Below are positions 28,719 through 38,206 of a DNA stretch of 61,375 nucleotides, in pieces. The stretch covers positions 1 through 61,375 of the forward strand of contig QAKW01000083.1 in assembly GCA_003343605.1 (NCBI GenBank), given 5' to 3'. The translations under genes and the position numbers were made by a program. This DNA comes from Clostridiales bacterium (GTDB lineage: Bacteria; Bacillota; Clostridia; Oscillospirales; QAKW01). Every line of letters begins with the position of its first letter. Position 1 is the stretch's first letter. The notes below the pieces were generated by a model. The model searched no databases, was not told where the DNA came from, and saw nothing but the letters and a program-made list of their open reading frames with translations.

Positions 28719-29108
28719 ATGGGCAGGAATAAAATCAGCATTTCTGTTGCGGGCTCTGAATTTGTCGTTGTTACCGATGAAGACCGGGATTATACGCTGA
28801 AGCTTGCTGAAACGCTCGATACCAAGATCCGCGCGCTGCTGCGGGGCAACCCCAAGCTGAGCGTTGCCATGGCCGCGATTCTCTGCGGATTGGATCTTTG
28901 CGATGAGAACGAAAAAAACAAAGAATCCTGCGCCCGTCTTCGGGAAGAAATCCGGCGTTACCTCAACCAACTGGAGGCGGTTGGCGCCGAGCAGAAAAAC
29001 AGCCGGGAAGCCTATCAGGAGCAGCTTGAAAAACTGCAAGAAGAAAACGAAAATCTGCGCAATCAGCTGCATCAGTATGAGCTGGGGCAGATCGGCTTTC
29101 AATCGTGA
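28719..29108 (+). CDS. zapA: Cell division protein ZapA
   Basis: 129 aa. The N-terminal ZapA-like fold sequence (ISISVAGSEFVVVTDEDRDYTLKLAETLDTKIRAL) is followed by a coiled-coil tail. Confidence 0.7.
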   Translation: MGRNKISISVAGSEFVVVTDEDRDYTLKLAETLDTKIRALLRGNPKLSVAMAAILCGLDLCDENEKNKESCARLREEIRRYLNQLEAVGAEQKNSREAYQEQLEKLQEENENLRNQLHQYELGQIGFQS

Positions 29109-29671
29109 ATATTCTGCTGGCGTCTGCCTCGCCGCGCAGAAAGCAGCTTTTGGAAGAGCTGGGCCACCGGGTAACGGTTGTACGCCCTGATTTTGATGAA
29201 ACGCAAATCCGGCTCCGGGATCCGGCCGCGCTGGTCTGCGCGCTGGCGGAAGGCAAAGGCCGTTCCGTATCTGTTCCGGGCGGGATGCTGCTGGTTGCGG
29301 CGGATACGGTTGTCTGCTTTGAAGGGCGGATCCTCGGCAAGCCGGAAAGCCGGCAAGCCGCTGCAAACACGCTGCGCGCGCTGAGCGGCAGGGTGCACGA
29401 GGTCTATACCGGTGTTTATATAGAGAAGGGCGGATTCTGCCGGTCGTTTGCCGATCGTGCGGAAGTTTGCTTTCGCTCCCTTTCGGAAGAAGAGATTCAA
29501 GCCTATATCGCTACCGGCTCACCGATGGACAAGGCCGGTGCCTACGGCGTGCAGGACAGTGGCTTCGTTTCCCGCATCCGCGGCAGTTTTCACACGGTAA
29601 TGGGCTTTCCCACCGAAATTTTTCAACAGGTCTGTAAAGAGATATTATCCATAATGGAAAGGAAATCATAA
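29105..29671 (+). CDS. maf: Maf-like nucleoside triphosphate pyrophosphatase (septum formation protein)
   Basis: GTG start overlapping the zapA stop. Contains LLASASPRRKQLLEELG and GAYGVQ motifs. Confidence 0.9.
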   Translation: MNILLASASPRRKQLLEELGHRVTVVRPDFDETQIRLRDPAALVCALAEGKGRSVSVPGGMLLVAADTVVCFEGRILGKPESRQAAANTLRALSGRVHEVYTGVYIEKGGFCRSFADRAEVCFRSLSEEEIQAYIATGSPMDKAGAYGVQDSGFVSRIRGSFHTVMGFPTEIFQQVCKEILSIMERKS

Positions 29672-29675
29672 AAAA

Positions 29676-30713
29676 ATGGCCAATTTTTTCAAAAAACTCC
29701 GTGCGCTGAAATTTTTAAACTACACCGATATCGGGATTGATCTCGGTACTGCGAATACAATCGTTTACCGCAGCGGCAAAGGCATTATTCTCCGGGAGCC
29801 CAGTGTTGTTGCCATCGATACCACCGCCAACCGGGTAGTGGCCGTTGGGCAGGAGGCCAAGGAGATGATCGGCCGCACACCCGACAGTATACGGGCCGTG
29901 CGCCCGCTTAAAGAAGGCGTCATCGCCGATTTTGAAAGCGGCTCCGCCATGCTGCGCTTTTTTTTGAAAAAAACCATGGGCAACAACGCCCTTTCCAAAA
30001 AAAGAATTCTGATCTGTATTCCTTTTGGCGTTACCGATGTTGAGCACCGCGCGGTAGAAAACGCCGCCTATGAAACCGGCGCCAAAGACGTGCGGATTAT
30101 TGAAGAGCCTCTTGCCGCGGCGATCGGCGCGGGGCTCCCGGTTGGGGAGCCGACAGGCAGTATGGTGGTTGATATCGGCGGCGGCACCTCCGAGGTGGCG
30201 GTTATTTCACTGGGCGGAATCGTTTCCTCCCGTTCTGTCCGGGTTGCGGGAGATGCATTTGACGCAGCAATCGTTGCCTATGTTAAAAAGCATTTTAATC
30301 TCTTAATCGGAGACCGCACGGCGGAAGAGATCAAATTTGAAATCGGGTCGGCCTATCCGTATGCCGGAGAAGGCGATATGAGCGTAAGGGGGCGCGATCT
30401 GATTACCGGGCTGCCTAAAAACATTGATATCAGCGCGGCACACATCCGGGAGGCGCTGGCGGAATCGATTCAGCTGGTGGTAGACGCAATTAAACAGACC
30501 CTAGAGGATACGCCGCCTGAGCTTTCCGCGGATATTATTGATCATGGCATCACGCTTACCGGCGGCGGTGCGCTGCTGCGCGGCCTGGATACGCTGGTAA
30601 ATAAAGAAACCGGCATGCCGGTGCATATTGCGGATGAACCTTTGGACTGTGTTGCGCTGGGAACCGGTAAAAGCCTTGAAGATCCGGTGCTCTGGGCAAC
30701 CATCACCAGATAA
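29676..30713 (+). CDS. mreB: Rod shape-determining protein MreB
   Basis: 345 aa with actin-like motifs DLGTANT and VDIGGGTSEVAVISLGG. Confidence 0.95.
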   Translation: MANFFKKLRALKFLNYTDIGIDLGTANTIVYRSGKGIILREPSVVAIDTTANRVVAVGQEAKEMIGRTPDSIRAVRPLKEGVIADFESGSAMLRFFLKKTMGNNALSKKRILICIPFGVTDVEHRAVENAAYETGAKDVRIIEEPLAAAIGAGLPVGEPTGSMVVDIGGGTSEVAVISLGGIVSSRSVRVAGDAFDAAIVAYVKKHFNLLIGDRTAEEIKFEIGSAYPYAGEGDMSVRGRDLITGLPKNIDISAAHIREALAESIQLVVDAIKQTLEDTPPELSADIIDHGITLTGGGALLRGLDTLVNKETGMPVHIADEPLDCVALGTGKSLEDPVLWATITR

Positions 30714-30715
30714 CG

Positions 30716-31555
30716 ATGAAAGCCTTTTTAAAAACAAGAACCTTTATCGCCATCTGTATTGCGGCCGTCATGCTGCTTTGCATGATGGTGCTGGATACGG
30801 CTGCACACGGCCATATGACCATTTTTGAAAACATTGCCGGTACGCTGATCACACCGGTTCAGAATTTCTGCTCTACCGTGCTCAAATACGGCGGCAATCT
30901 GGTAAGGGCCTATACCGATTATGAAGAGCTGGAGGCAGAGAATGCCAAGCTCAAAAACGAGCTGGCCAGCGCCGCGCAACTGATCCGCGATGCGGAAGGC
31001 TACGCCAATGAAAATAAAAGCCTGAAGGCCATGCTGGGGATTGCGGAAGAACATGCGGATTTTGAATTTGCCACCTGCTTGGTGGTTGGAAGCGATCAAA
31101 ACGGCTATTCTCATACCCTTACTTTAAATAAAGGCTCTGCCGACGGACTAAAAAAGAAAGATCTGGTGATGACGGCAGACGGGGTTGTGGGCTATATCAA
31201 CGAGCTGGGGCTTACCTGGAGCAAGGTAACGACTGTTTTGGATTCTTCCTGTGAGATCGGTGCGATTGTCACCCGCACCCAGGATGTTGGAGTGCTCGAC
31301 TGGGATTACGCCCTGTCGGAGCAGGGCCTCTTAAAGCTGGCCTATCTGAACACCGGCGTTGTGCTCAACAGCGGAGACGCGGTGGAAACAAGCGGCGTCG
31401 GCGGTGTGTTTCCCAAAGGTGTTCTTCTGGGCAGGGTGCGGGAGCTGAAAACAGAAAGCCACGGGATTTCTCAATACGCAGTGCTGGAGCCGGCGGTAAA
31501 TGTGGATGCTGTGAGCACGGTTTTTGTAATTACCAATTTTGAAAGTGAGAGCTGA
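30716..31555 (+). CDS. mreC: Rod shape-determining protein MreC
   Basis: 279 aa with an N-terminal TM, a coiled coil (ELEAENAKLKNELA) and a beta-rich C-terminal domain. Located after mreB. Confidence 0.85.
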   Translation: MKAFLKTRTFIAICIAAVMLLCMMVLDTAAHGHMTIFENIAGTLITPVQNFCSTVLKYGGNLVRAYTDYEELEAENAKLKNELASAAQLIRDAEGYANENKSLKAMLGIAEEHADFEFATCLVVGSDQNGYSHTLTLNKGSADGLKKKDLVMTADGVVGYINELGLTWSKVTTVLDSSCEIGAIVTRTQDVGVLDWDYALSEQGLLKLAYLNTGVVLNSGDAVETSGVGGVFPKGVLLGRVRELKTESHGISQYAVLEPAVNVDAVSTVFVITNFESES

Positions 31556-32082
31556 TGTTTAGCAAACCCCGCAGTTACTGGAAAATTATAGAATATGTTG
31601 TTTTAACGCTGGTATGCTTTCTCTTACAGAGCGTACCGGCTTTCGGCGTGCGCTTTTTGGGGTGCGCGCCTTCTCTTTTGTTGCTGCTGGCGATCGGCGT
31701 TGCTTTTTTTGAAAACTGTAGGTTTTCCGCCTGGTTTGGTCTGGCAATGGGGCTGCTCTCTCAGTTTACAACCGCTTCGATCGTCGGGCTCGACGCCATT
31801 TTTTTTATGTTTGCATCCTATTTTATTTCGGCGGCGCTGGAAGTCTTCCTGCAGCGGAATTTCCTGATCTACATGTACGTTTCCCTGGCCGCCGTTGCGC
31901 TGCAGCAGCTGCTGGATTATCTTTATCATCTGCTGATCTGGAGCCGCATGCCGTTTGGCATTGCCCTGACCGGCCAGATCCTGCCAACCTTTTTCTTTAC
32001 CGGGATCTGCGCCTTTCCCCTTTATGGAATCCTGAACCATTTTGACCGGAAATTCCAAAAGGACGAGGAGGATCTGGCATGA
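31555..32082 (+). CDS. mreD: Rod shape-determining protein MreD
   Basis: 175 aa hydrophobic protein directly after mreC. Confidence 0.7.
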   Translation: MFSKPRSYWKIIEYVVLTLVCFLLQSVPAFGVRFLGCAPSLLLLLAIGVAFFENCRFSAWFGLAMGLLSQFTTASIVGLDAIFFMFASYFISAALEVFLQRNFLIYMYVSLAAVALQQLLDYLYHLLIWSRMPFGIALTGQILPTFFFTGICAFPLYGILNHFDRKFQKDEEDLA

Positions 32083-34139
32083 GCTTGAAAAACAGCAAAT
32101 TTCGTTATATTCTGGTGATCGCCGTTGTGGCGCTGGTGTTTGTGAGCTATATTTTTACGCTGATGCGCCTTCAGCTGGTCAACGGTGATTATTATAAAGA
32201 GCAATCGGAAAAAAAAATCTATTCTACCGAGACCATTACCGCTTCCCGCGGCAGTATCTACGATTGCAACGGCCGGAGCCTTGTGACCAACACAACCGGT
32301 TATTGCATCAAGTTTACCCGGGCGCTGATGCCAAAGGAAAAGCAAAACGATATTATTCTCAGCCTCATCCGGCTGATGGAGCAATATGAGGCCGCCTATT
32401 ATGACCGGCTCCCCCTGGCGCAGGAAGCGCCATACGGATATACGACCGATGATATGGAGGATGCCGCGCTGAAAAACCTCTGGGAAAAGCTCAAGCTGAA
32501 AAATACGCCCAGCGCCGAAGAGACCTTTGCGGCACTGGTCAAAAGCTATAAGCTTGCCGATTATACCCCGGAGGAGCAGCGCAAAATTGCGGGTGTGCGC
32601 TATGAGATGGATCAGGGTGCGTTTTCTCTTTCCAATCCCTATGAATTTGCCAGCGATGTGAGCGTTGATATCGTGGCCACCATCAAGCAGCTTTCTGATG
32701 AATACCCCGGTGTGGATATCGATACCGAGCCGCTGCGGTATTACACGGATCCATCCATTGCACCGCATTTACTAGGTTATGTAGATAAAATCTATGCCGA
32801 AGAATATTCGGATCTGGCTTCCAAAGGCTACAAGATGAACGATACCGTTGGCAAAAGCGGTATCGAAAAAGCAATGGAAAGTGTTCTGAAGGGAAAAGAC
32901 GGCACCCGTGTCATCGAACGGGATTCCGCCGGCAAGGTGCTTAACGTAACGGTTTTAGAAGAAGCGGAAAGCGGCAACAATGTCGTTTTGACCATCGATA
33001 GCACATTGCAGAAAATTGCGCAGGTCTCTCTTAAAAACTGTATCGAAACCATTGCGCGGCGGGGCAATGAGCCGGGCCGCAGCGGAACCGATGCCAATGC
33101 CGGTGCGGTCGTTGTTCTCAATGTTCACAGCGGGGCTATTCTGGCAAGCGCCACTTACCCCACCTACACCCAGGATCAGTTTAACAGCGCTTATTCGGCT
33201 CTTGCCGCCGATGAAACCAAGCCGCTCTTCAACCGTGCCTTCTGGGGCACCTACGCACCCGGCTCCACCTTTAAAATGGCAACCGGCATCGCTGCGCTGG
33301 AGGAAGGAGCGGTAGGCCTTTCGGAAACCATCAATGACACCGGTATTTATACCAAATACGCCGCAACCGGCTATAGCCCGCGCTGCTGGCTGTATTCCGA
33401 TTACGGCCGCGGCCACGGGCTGCAAAACATTGTGGCAGCGCTGAAGAATTCCTGTAACTATTACTTTTACGAAGCCGCAGACCGCTTGGGCATCGAACAT
33501 CTCAACCGCTACTGTATCAAACTGGGCCTGGGGATTAAAACCGGTGTTGAAATCGGGGAAGCCACCGGAATCCTTGCCGGACCGGACTATCGCAGCTCTA
33601 TCGATGAATACTGGTATCCGGGCGATACGCTTCAGGCGGCAATCGGCCAGTCAGATAATCTTTTCACCCCGCTTCAACTGGCTAATTACGTGGCAACGAT
33701 CGTAAATGGCGGTACCCGGTATACTACCCATTTGGTACAGGGCGTCTATAACGCATCCAACGGCGTTTGCATCCAGAATGAAAAAATTGAAGTTGCAGAT
33801 AACCTGCATATGAAGCAGGAAAATTACGAAGCCATTATGCAGGGCATGCTGGAGTGCGCAAAATCGGGAACGGCGGCGGGGGTTTTTGGTTCCTCTTATT
33901 CCATAACCGCAGGCGCCAAAACCGGAACGGCTTCGGTCCCCAGCGGAACGGCAAACGGCATCTTCGTTTCCTTTGCTCCCGCCAACGACCCGCAGATCGC
34001 CGTTTGCGTGGTGGTGGAGCATGGTGCACACGGGAACTATGTAGGTTCCGTAGCGCGGGATATTTTTGATGCTTATTTTGCCGGCGTTTCAGTCGGGGAT
34101 CATCTGACTGATGAAAACGTGCTGCTTCCGGCGCAATAA
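32079..34139 (+). CDS. mrdA: Penicillin-binding protein 2 (class B transpeptidase)
   Basis: N-terminal TM and dimerisation domain. The transpeptidase motifs are STFK, SCN and KTGTA. Confidence 0.9.
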   Translation: MSLKNSKFRYILVIAVVALVFVSYIFTLMRLQLVNGDYYKEQSEKKIYSTETITASRGSIYDCNGRSLVTNTTGYCIKFTRALMPKEKQNDIILSLIRLMEQYEAAYYDRLPLAQEAPYGYTTDDMEDAALKNLWEKLKLKNTPSAEETFAALVKSYKLADYTPEEQRKIAGVRYEMDQGAFSLSNPYEFASDVSVDIVATIKQLSDEYPGVDIDTEPLRYYTDPSIAPHLLGYVDKIYAEEYSDLASKGYKMNDTVGKSGIEKAMESVLKGKDGTRVIERDSAGKVLNVTVLEEAESGNNVVLTIDSTLQKIAQVSLKNCIETIARRGNEPGRSGTDANAGAVVVLNVHSGAILASATYPTYTQDQFNSAYSALAADETKPLFNRAFWGTYAPGSTFKMATGIAALEEGAVGLSETINDTGIYTKYAATGYSPRCWLYSDYGRGHGLQNIVAALKNSCNYYFYEAADRLGIEHLNRYCIKLGLGIKTGVEIGEATGILAGPDYRSSIDEYWYPGDTLQAAIGQSDNLFTPLQLANYVATIVNGGTRYTTHLVQGVYNASNGVCIQNEKIEVADNLHMKQENYEAIMQGMLECAKSGTAAGVFGSSYSITAGAKTGTASVPSGTANGIFVSFAPANDPQIAVCVVVEHGAHGNYVGSVARDIFDAYFAGVSVGDHLTDENVLLPAQ

Positions 34140-34166
34140 TAAATTTTAATGAAAGGATTTTTGCAA

Positions 34167-34787
34167 ATGATCAAACAGATTTTATTCGACTGCGGAGGCG
34201 TTTTTGTTGACATTCAGTTTTTTCAGCTAATGGAAAAGCTCACCGGTGATTCTGCCAAAGCCGCGCTGTTTATGGACCGGCTTTTCGATGCAAACGGCCC
34301 GTGGCGTCTATATGATCAGGGTCTTCTGGATCAGCAGGAAATCCTGCACGCGCTGGAAAAATGGATTCCGGAAATCCAGCCGGAGGTACTGGCATCATTT
34401 ATCACAGAATGGCACCGCTGGCTGCCCACCTTCCCGGAAATGGAGCATCTGATCGACGATCTGCATCAGGCGGGCCTCAAATGCTATCTGCTTTCCAATT
34501 TTTCCAAACAGTTTGAAGAATTCGAACCGCTTTGCCCTGCCATTCGCCACCTCGATGGAAAGCTGATTTCTTACCGGATTCATCTGATTAAGCCTTCCCG
34601 GGAAATCTTTGATTATGCGGCGTCCTTTTTTAAAATTGCGCCGGCAGAAACGCTCTTTATTGATGATACAGAACCCAATATTACCGCTGCCCGGGCGGCG
34701 GGCTTTCATGCCTATCATTTTCAGAACGCGGCGGATCTGCGCGCTGAACTGCGGGCGCGCGGGCTGCTGCCGCAGCAGAATACATAG
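34167..34787 (+). CDS. HAD-superfamily hydrolase
   Basis: Motif I-like FDCGGVF, LSNFS, and a DD motif in FIDDTEPNI. Start set at the ATG at 34167, which has AAAGGA 9 nt upstream. Confidence 0.75.
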   Translation: MIKQILFDCGGVFVDIQFFQLMEKLTGDSAKAALFMDRLFDANGPWRLYDQGLLDQQEILHALEKWIPEIQPEVLASFITEWHRWLPTFPEMEHLIDDLHQAGLKCYLLSNFSKQFEEFEPLCPAIRHLDGKLISYRIHLIKPSREIFDYAASFFKIAPAETLFIDDTEPNITAARAAGFHAYHFQNAADLRAELRARGLLPQQNT

Positions 34788-34829
34788 CGGTTTAAAACGG
34801 ATAAATTTGTCTTTTTTTATGAAAATCTA

Positions 34830-34858
34830 TTGACTTTTACCACTAAAAGTGTTAAAGT
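34830..34858 (+). promoter_or_regulatory. Sigma-A-type promoter of the first ABC importer operon
   Basis: TTGACT (34830-34835), a 17-nt spacer ending in TGt, then TAAAGT (34853-34858). The roughly 60-nt leader has no obvious structure. Confidence 0.45.
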
Positions 34859-34922
34859 CTAAAACAAATAAAGGCTCGTCATATTTCCCGCTGAAACAAA
34901 CAAAAGAGAAGGAGAATCTACC

Positions 34923-35897
34923 ATGAAACTGAAAAGAATCATTGCCGGTCTGTCGGCCGCCGTGCTTTTCTGCGCCGGGCTGCCGGCGCTTTCCGGCTGC
35001 CAGGGAACCGATGGTAAATTTACCATCGGCATCTGTGAATCCATGCAGCACGAAGCGCTGGCAACGGCAACCAAAGGCTTTAAAGACGCGCTGACTGAGC
35101 TGATGGGCGATAAGGTCACTTTTGTAGAGCAGAACGCGCAGGGCGATCCCGCCACCTGCGCCACCATCTGCAATCAATTTGTTTCCGATGGAGTGGATCT
35201 GATTATGGCCAATGCCACTGCTGCGCTGCAGGCTGCTGCCGCGGCCACCAACAAGACCCCCATTCTGGCCACCTCCGTTACCGATTACGCCACTGCGCTT
35301 TCCGTTTCGGACTGGACGGGAAAAACCGGCTCCAATATTTCCGGCACCTCTGATCTGGCTCCGCTGGACGGGCAGGCCCAAATGCTCAACGAGCTGTTTC
35401 CCGAGGCCAAAAATGTTGGTATTCTTTACTGTTCAGCAGAAGCCAACTCGCTCTACCAGGTAACCAAGATCCAGGCGATGCTGGAAGCGATGGGCTACAC
35501 CTGCAAACAATATACCTTTACCGATTCCAATGATCTGCAGATGGTGGTTACCGCCGCGGCGGAAGCCAGCGACGTTATTTATGTACCAACGGATAATACG
35601 GCCGCTTCCAACACCGGAATTATCAACAGCGTCTGCCAGAATGCGAAGGTTCCGGTAGTGGCCGGAGAAGAAGGGATCTGCAAAGGCTGCGGCGTTGCAA
35701 CCCTGACCATCAGCTACTACGACATCGGCTATGCCACCGGCAAAATGGCTTACGAAATTCTGGTCAACGGTAAAAATCCAGGTGATATGGAAATTGAAAC
35801 CGCTCAAAATGTGGTTAAAAAATATAATAAGGCCAATGCAGAGGCGCTCGGCCTTGTTTTGCCGGAAGGCTACGAGGCGATTGCCACCGACGAATAA
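34923..35897 (+). CDS. ABC importer substrate-binding lipoprotein (COG2984 / ABC_sub_bind type), copy 1
   Basis: Lipobox LSGC. Collinear with copy 2 (ISGTSD versus ITGTSD, GIxY..SExNS, GxxTGKMA). Confidence 0.8.
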   Translation: MKLKRIIAGLSAAVLFCAGLPALSGCQGTDGKFTIGICESMQHEALATATKGFKDALTELMGDKVTFVEQNAQGDPATCATICNQFVSDGVDLIMANATAALQAAAAATNKTPILATSVTDYATALSVSDWTGKTGSNISGTSDLAPLDGQAQMLNELFPEAKNVGILYCSAEANSLYQVTKIQAMLEAMGYTCKQYTFTDSNDLQMVVTAAAEASDVIYVPTDNTAASNTGIINSVCQNAKVPVVAGEEGICKGCGVATLTISYYDIGYATGKMAYEILVNGKNPGDMEIETAQNVVKKYNKANAEALGLVLPEGYEAIATDE

Positions 35898-35990
35898 TTT
35901 TAAGGATTAACGCCTGATATTAGGGTGCCGCGGAAATTTCCGCGGCGCCCTATTGAAGCGTTAAGAGGTTCTTTTGAAAGGAGAAACCGC

Positions 35991-36944
35991 ATGGGTATCG
36001 TTTCCTATTTTAATTCGCTCAATCCCTTTGCGCTGCTGAAATCCCTGCCCGGAAATATGGCGCAGGGTGTCATTTGGGGCATTATGGCACTGGGCGTCTT
36101 TATTACTTATAAGCTGCTGAATTTTGCCGATCTTACGGTAGACGGCTCCTTCGCCACCGGCGGGGCGGTCACGGTCGTGCTGATTCTTGGCGGCTGCCCC
36201 GCACCGCTGGCATTGCTGGTGGCTGTTGTTGCCGGCCTGCTCGCAGGTCTGATCACCGGCCTGCTGCACACCGTAATGGGCATTCCCGATATCCTTGCCG
36301 GTATTCTAACACAGATTGCGCTCTGGTCGGTGAATCTGGTGATTTTAAACGGCGCAAATAAAGCGCTCAATGTGGATAAATACAGTCTTTTAATCTCTTT
36401 GCGGGAAGCCAACTGGGCGATTCTTATTTCCTGCCTTTTCGCCCTGTTCCTAATTGTGTTGCTTTACTGGTATTTTGGCACTGAGCAAGGGTGCTCGATC
36501 CGTTCTACCGGCAGCAATCCCAATATGTCGAAGGCGCAGGGTATCAATATCGGATTTACCAAAGTACTGGCGCTTTCGCTTTCCAACGGGCTGGTCGCCC
36601 TTGCCGGAGGCCTGCTTGCCCAGTTTCAGGGCTTTGCCGATATCAATATGGGCCGAGGCGCGATCGTGATCGGGCTCGCGGCAGTAATCATCGGCGATGT
36701 TTTTTATCAGGCCATCTTTCGCAAACATCAGAATTTTGCCCTGCAGCTGGTATTCATTGTAATCGGCGGCGTAATCTATTATCTGGTCATCGGGCTGGTA
36801 CTCTGGCTGAAAATGCCCTCAAATCTCTTAAAGCTCTTTACTGCCGTAGTTGTTGCTATTTTTCTCGCCATTCCCTATCTCCTGGGAAAAACCAAGAGCT
36901 CTTTTGCCCGCGCGGCCAAAAATGGAGGAAACGATCATGCTTGA
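35991..36944 (+). CDS. ABC importer permease (COG4120 type), copy 1
   Basis: Polytopic, with the motif FADLTVDGSFATGGAV shared with copy 2 (FPDLTVDGSFPLGAAV). Start is the ATG at 35991, after GAAAGGAG. Confidence 0.8.
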   Translation: MGIVSYFNSLNPFALLKSLPGNMAQGVIWGIMALGVFITYKLLNFADLTVDGSFATGGAVTVVLILGGCPAPLALLVAVVAGLLAGLITGLLHTVMGIPDILAGILTQIALWSVNLVILNGANKALNVDKYSLLISLREANWAILISCLFALFLIVLLYWYFGTEQGCSIRSTGSNPNMSKAQGINIGFTKVLALSLSNGLVALAGGLLAQFQGFADINMGRGAIVIGLAAVIIGDVFYQAIFRKHQNFALQLVFIVIGGVIYYLVIGLVLWLKMPSNLLKLFTAVVVAIFLAIPYLLGKTKSSFARAAKNGGNDHA

Positions 36945-37731
36945 ACTGAAAAAGATTTCCAAAACGTTTAATCCCGGAACCGTCAATGAAAAAAAAGCAC
37001 TTGATCAGCTTTCTCTTACGCTGGAGGATGGAGATTTTGTTACTGTCATCGGTGGAAACGGCGCTGGGAAATCCACCATGCTCAATGCCGTGGCCGGCGT
37101 ATGGCCGGTTGATGAGGGCACCATCCGGATCGACGGAATCAATGTAACCGGCATGCCGGAACACCGGCGCGCCCGGTTTCTGGGCCGGGTGTTTCAGGAC
37201 CCGATGACGGGTACCGCCGCCAATATGGGCATCGAAGAGAATCTGGCGCTGGCTTACCGCCGGGGCGGTCACCGTACCCTGCGCTGGGGTGTAACGAAAA
37301 AGGAAAAGGAGCTCTTTGCCTCCCAGCTGCGTGATTTGGATCTGGGCCTGGAGGATCGCCTTACTTCAAAAGTGGGGCTGCTTTCCGGCGGCCAGCGGCA
37401 GGCGCTGACGCTTCTGATGGCTACTCTGCAAAAGCCGAAGCTGCTGCTGCTGGATGAACACACTGCGGCGCTGGATCCCAAAACGGCTGCCAAAGTGCTG
37501 GCACTTTCGGATAAAATTATTGCCGAGCACCATCTAACTACCATGATGGTAACCCACAATATGAAAGACGCCATTACCCATGGCAACCGGCTGATTATGA
37601 TGAACGCCGGCAGGATCATCCTGGATATCCGGGGCGAGGAGAAAAAGAAGCTGACTGTGGATGCGCTGCTTAAGGCTTTCCATCAGTCCAGCGGATCTGA
37701 TTTTACAAACGACCGTGCGCTACTCGGATAA
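36937..37731 (+). CDS. ABC importer ATP-binding protein (COG1101 type), copy 1
   Basis: Walker A GGNGAGKST, LSGGQRQAL and LLLDEHTAALD. The start at 36937 overlaps the permease stop (ATGCTTGA). Confidence 0.9.
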   Translation: MLELKKISKTFNPGTVNEKKALDQLSLTLEDGDFVTVIGGNGAGKSTMLNAVAGVWPVDEGTIRIDGINVTGMPEHRRARFLGRVFQDPMTGTAANMGIEENLALAYRRGGHRTLRWGVTKKEKELFASQLRDLDLGLEDRLTSKVGLLSGGQRQALTLLMATLQKPKLLLLDEHTAALDPKTAAKVLALSDKIIAEHHLTTMMVTHNMKDAITHGNRLIMMNAGRIILDIRGEEKKKLTVDALLKAFHQSSGSDFTNDRALLG

Positions 37732-37748
37732 AAAAATACAAAAAATGC

Positions 37749-37778
37749 TTGACAAAGCGTTTGAACCTGTGCTATAGT
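37749..37778 (+). promoter_or_regulatory. Sigma-A-type promoter of the T-box leader
   Basis: TTGACA (37749-37754), an 18-nt spacer, then the extended -10 TGcTATAGT (37770-37778). Confidence 0.6.
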
Positions 37779-37795
37779 ATTTGCAACATCAAAAA

Positions 37796-38042
37796 CCGAT
37801 GAGAAAGAATAGTAGGGTATCCGGAAACTTTCAGAGAGCTGCGGAGGCTGGAAGCGCGGCAGTGATAAGGAAACCTGAATGGCCTTTCGAGGGCAACCGA
37901 ACGCGAGAGTATCTTTCGTCAGTAGTAGTTGACGGGGCGTGCCCGTTATCGCCACGAACCGCATGATTGTGCGGCAATAAGAGCGGATGAAAATGTTTCA
38001 TCAATTTGGGTGGCACCGCAGAAAAATGTTTTTTCTGTCCCA
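37796..38042 (+). promoter_or_regulatory. T-box riboswitch leader, specifier UGG (tRNA-Trp)
   Basis: Stem I has a K-turn (CC-GAU-GA-GAAAG / CUUUC-GA-GG) and a specifier loop of AAUAGUA / GAA-UGG-C, with UGG at 37880-37882. It also has the AG bulge CAGAGAG and a distal loop GCUGGAA. Stem III is GAUGAAA-AUG-UUUCAUC. The T-box sequence is AAUUUGGGUGGCACCGCAG (38003-38021). The antiterminator is UGGG/CCCA plus GCAG/CUGU flanking the bulge UGGCACC. Confidence 0.85.
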
Positions 38043-38084
38043 TACTTTCCTGCATGAGGGAAAGTATGGGGCTTTTTTATTTTC
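38039..38084 (+). terminator. T-box-controlled intrinsic terminator
   Basis: CCCAUACUUUCC-UGCAUGA-GGGAAAGUAUGGG followed by GCUUUUUUAUUUU. Its 5' arm overlaps the 3' strand of the antiterminator. Confidence 0.85.
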
Positions 38085-38206
38085 AAGAAAGGGAGCGCAA
38101 AGACCATGTTTTTAAAAACCAAACGATGGCGCGGCCGGGCTTTACATGGATGGATCTACCGGCATAAAATAATATAAATTTACATGATTTGAAGGAGAAT
38201 ATCAAA

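Noticed and set aside
28677-29366. 229-aa minus-strand ORF across zapA and maf, plus related ORFs at 28963-29500.
   Set aside because: The plus-strand ZapA and Maf sequences are recognisable and coupled by a GTGA overlap. The minus-strand translation is Pro/Ala/Arg-rich noise.
32022-32768. 248-aa minus-strand ORF at the start of the PBP2 gene. Similar cases are 39359-40084, 41443-42114, 48233-48994 and 54090-54899.
   Set aside because: All are antisense to well-supported genes (PBP2, ABC permease, MATE, ATP-grasp, GH20-like) and have no independent support.
37894-37912. Alternative reading of the T-box specifier as GAA-CGC-G (Arg) or as GCG or AGU further 3'.
   Set aside because: That reading needs a lower helix (GAAAGA/UCUUUC at 37913-37918) that gives no canonical K-turn and leaves an oversized 3' loop. 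Pairing GAAAG with CUUUC at 37884-37888 instead gives a textbook K-turn and a 7+7-nt specifier loop with UGG. It also agrees with the UGGC acceptor-binding bulge.
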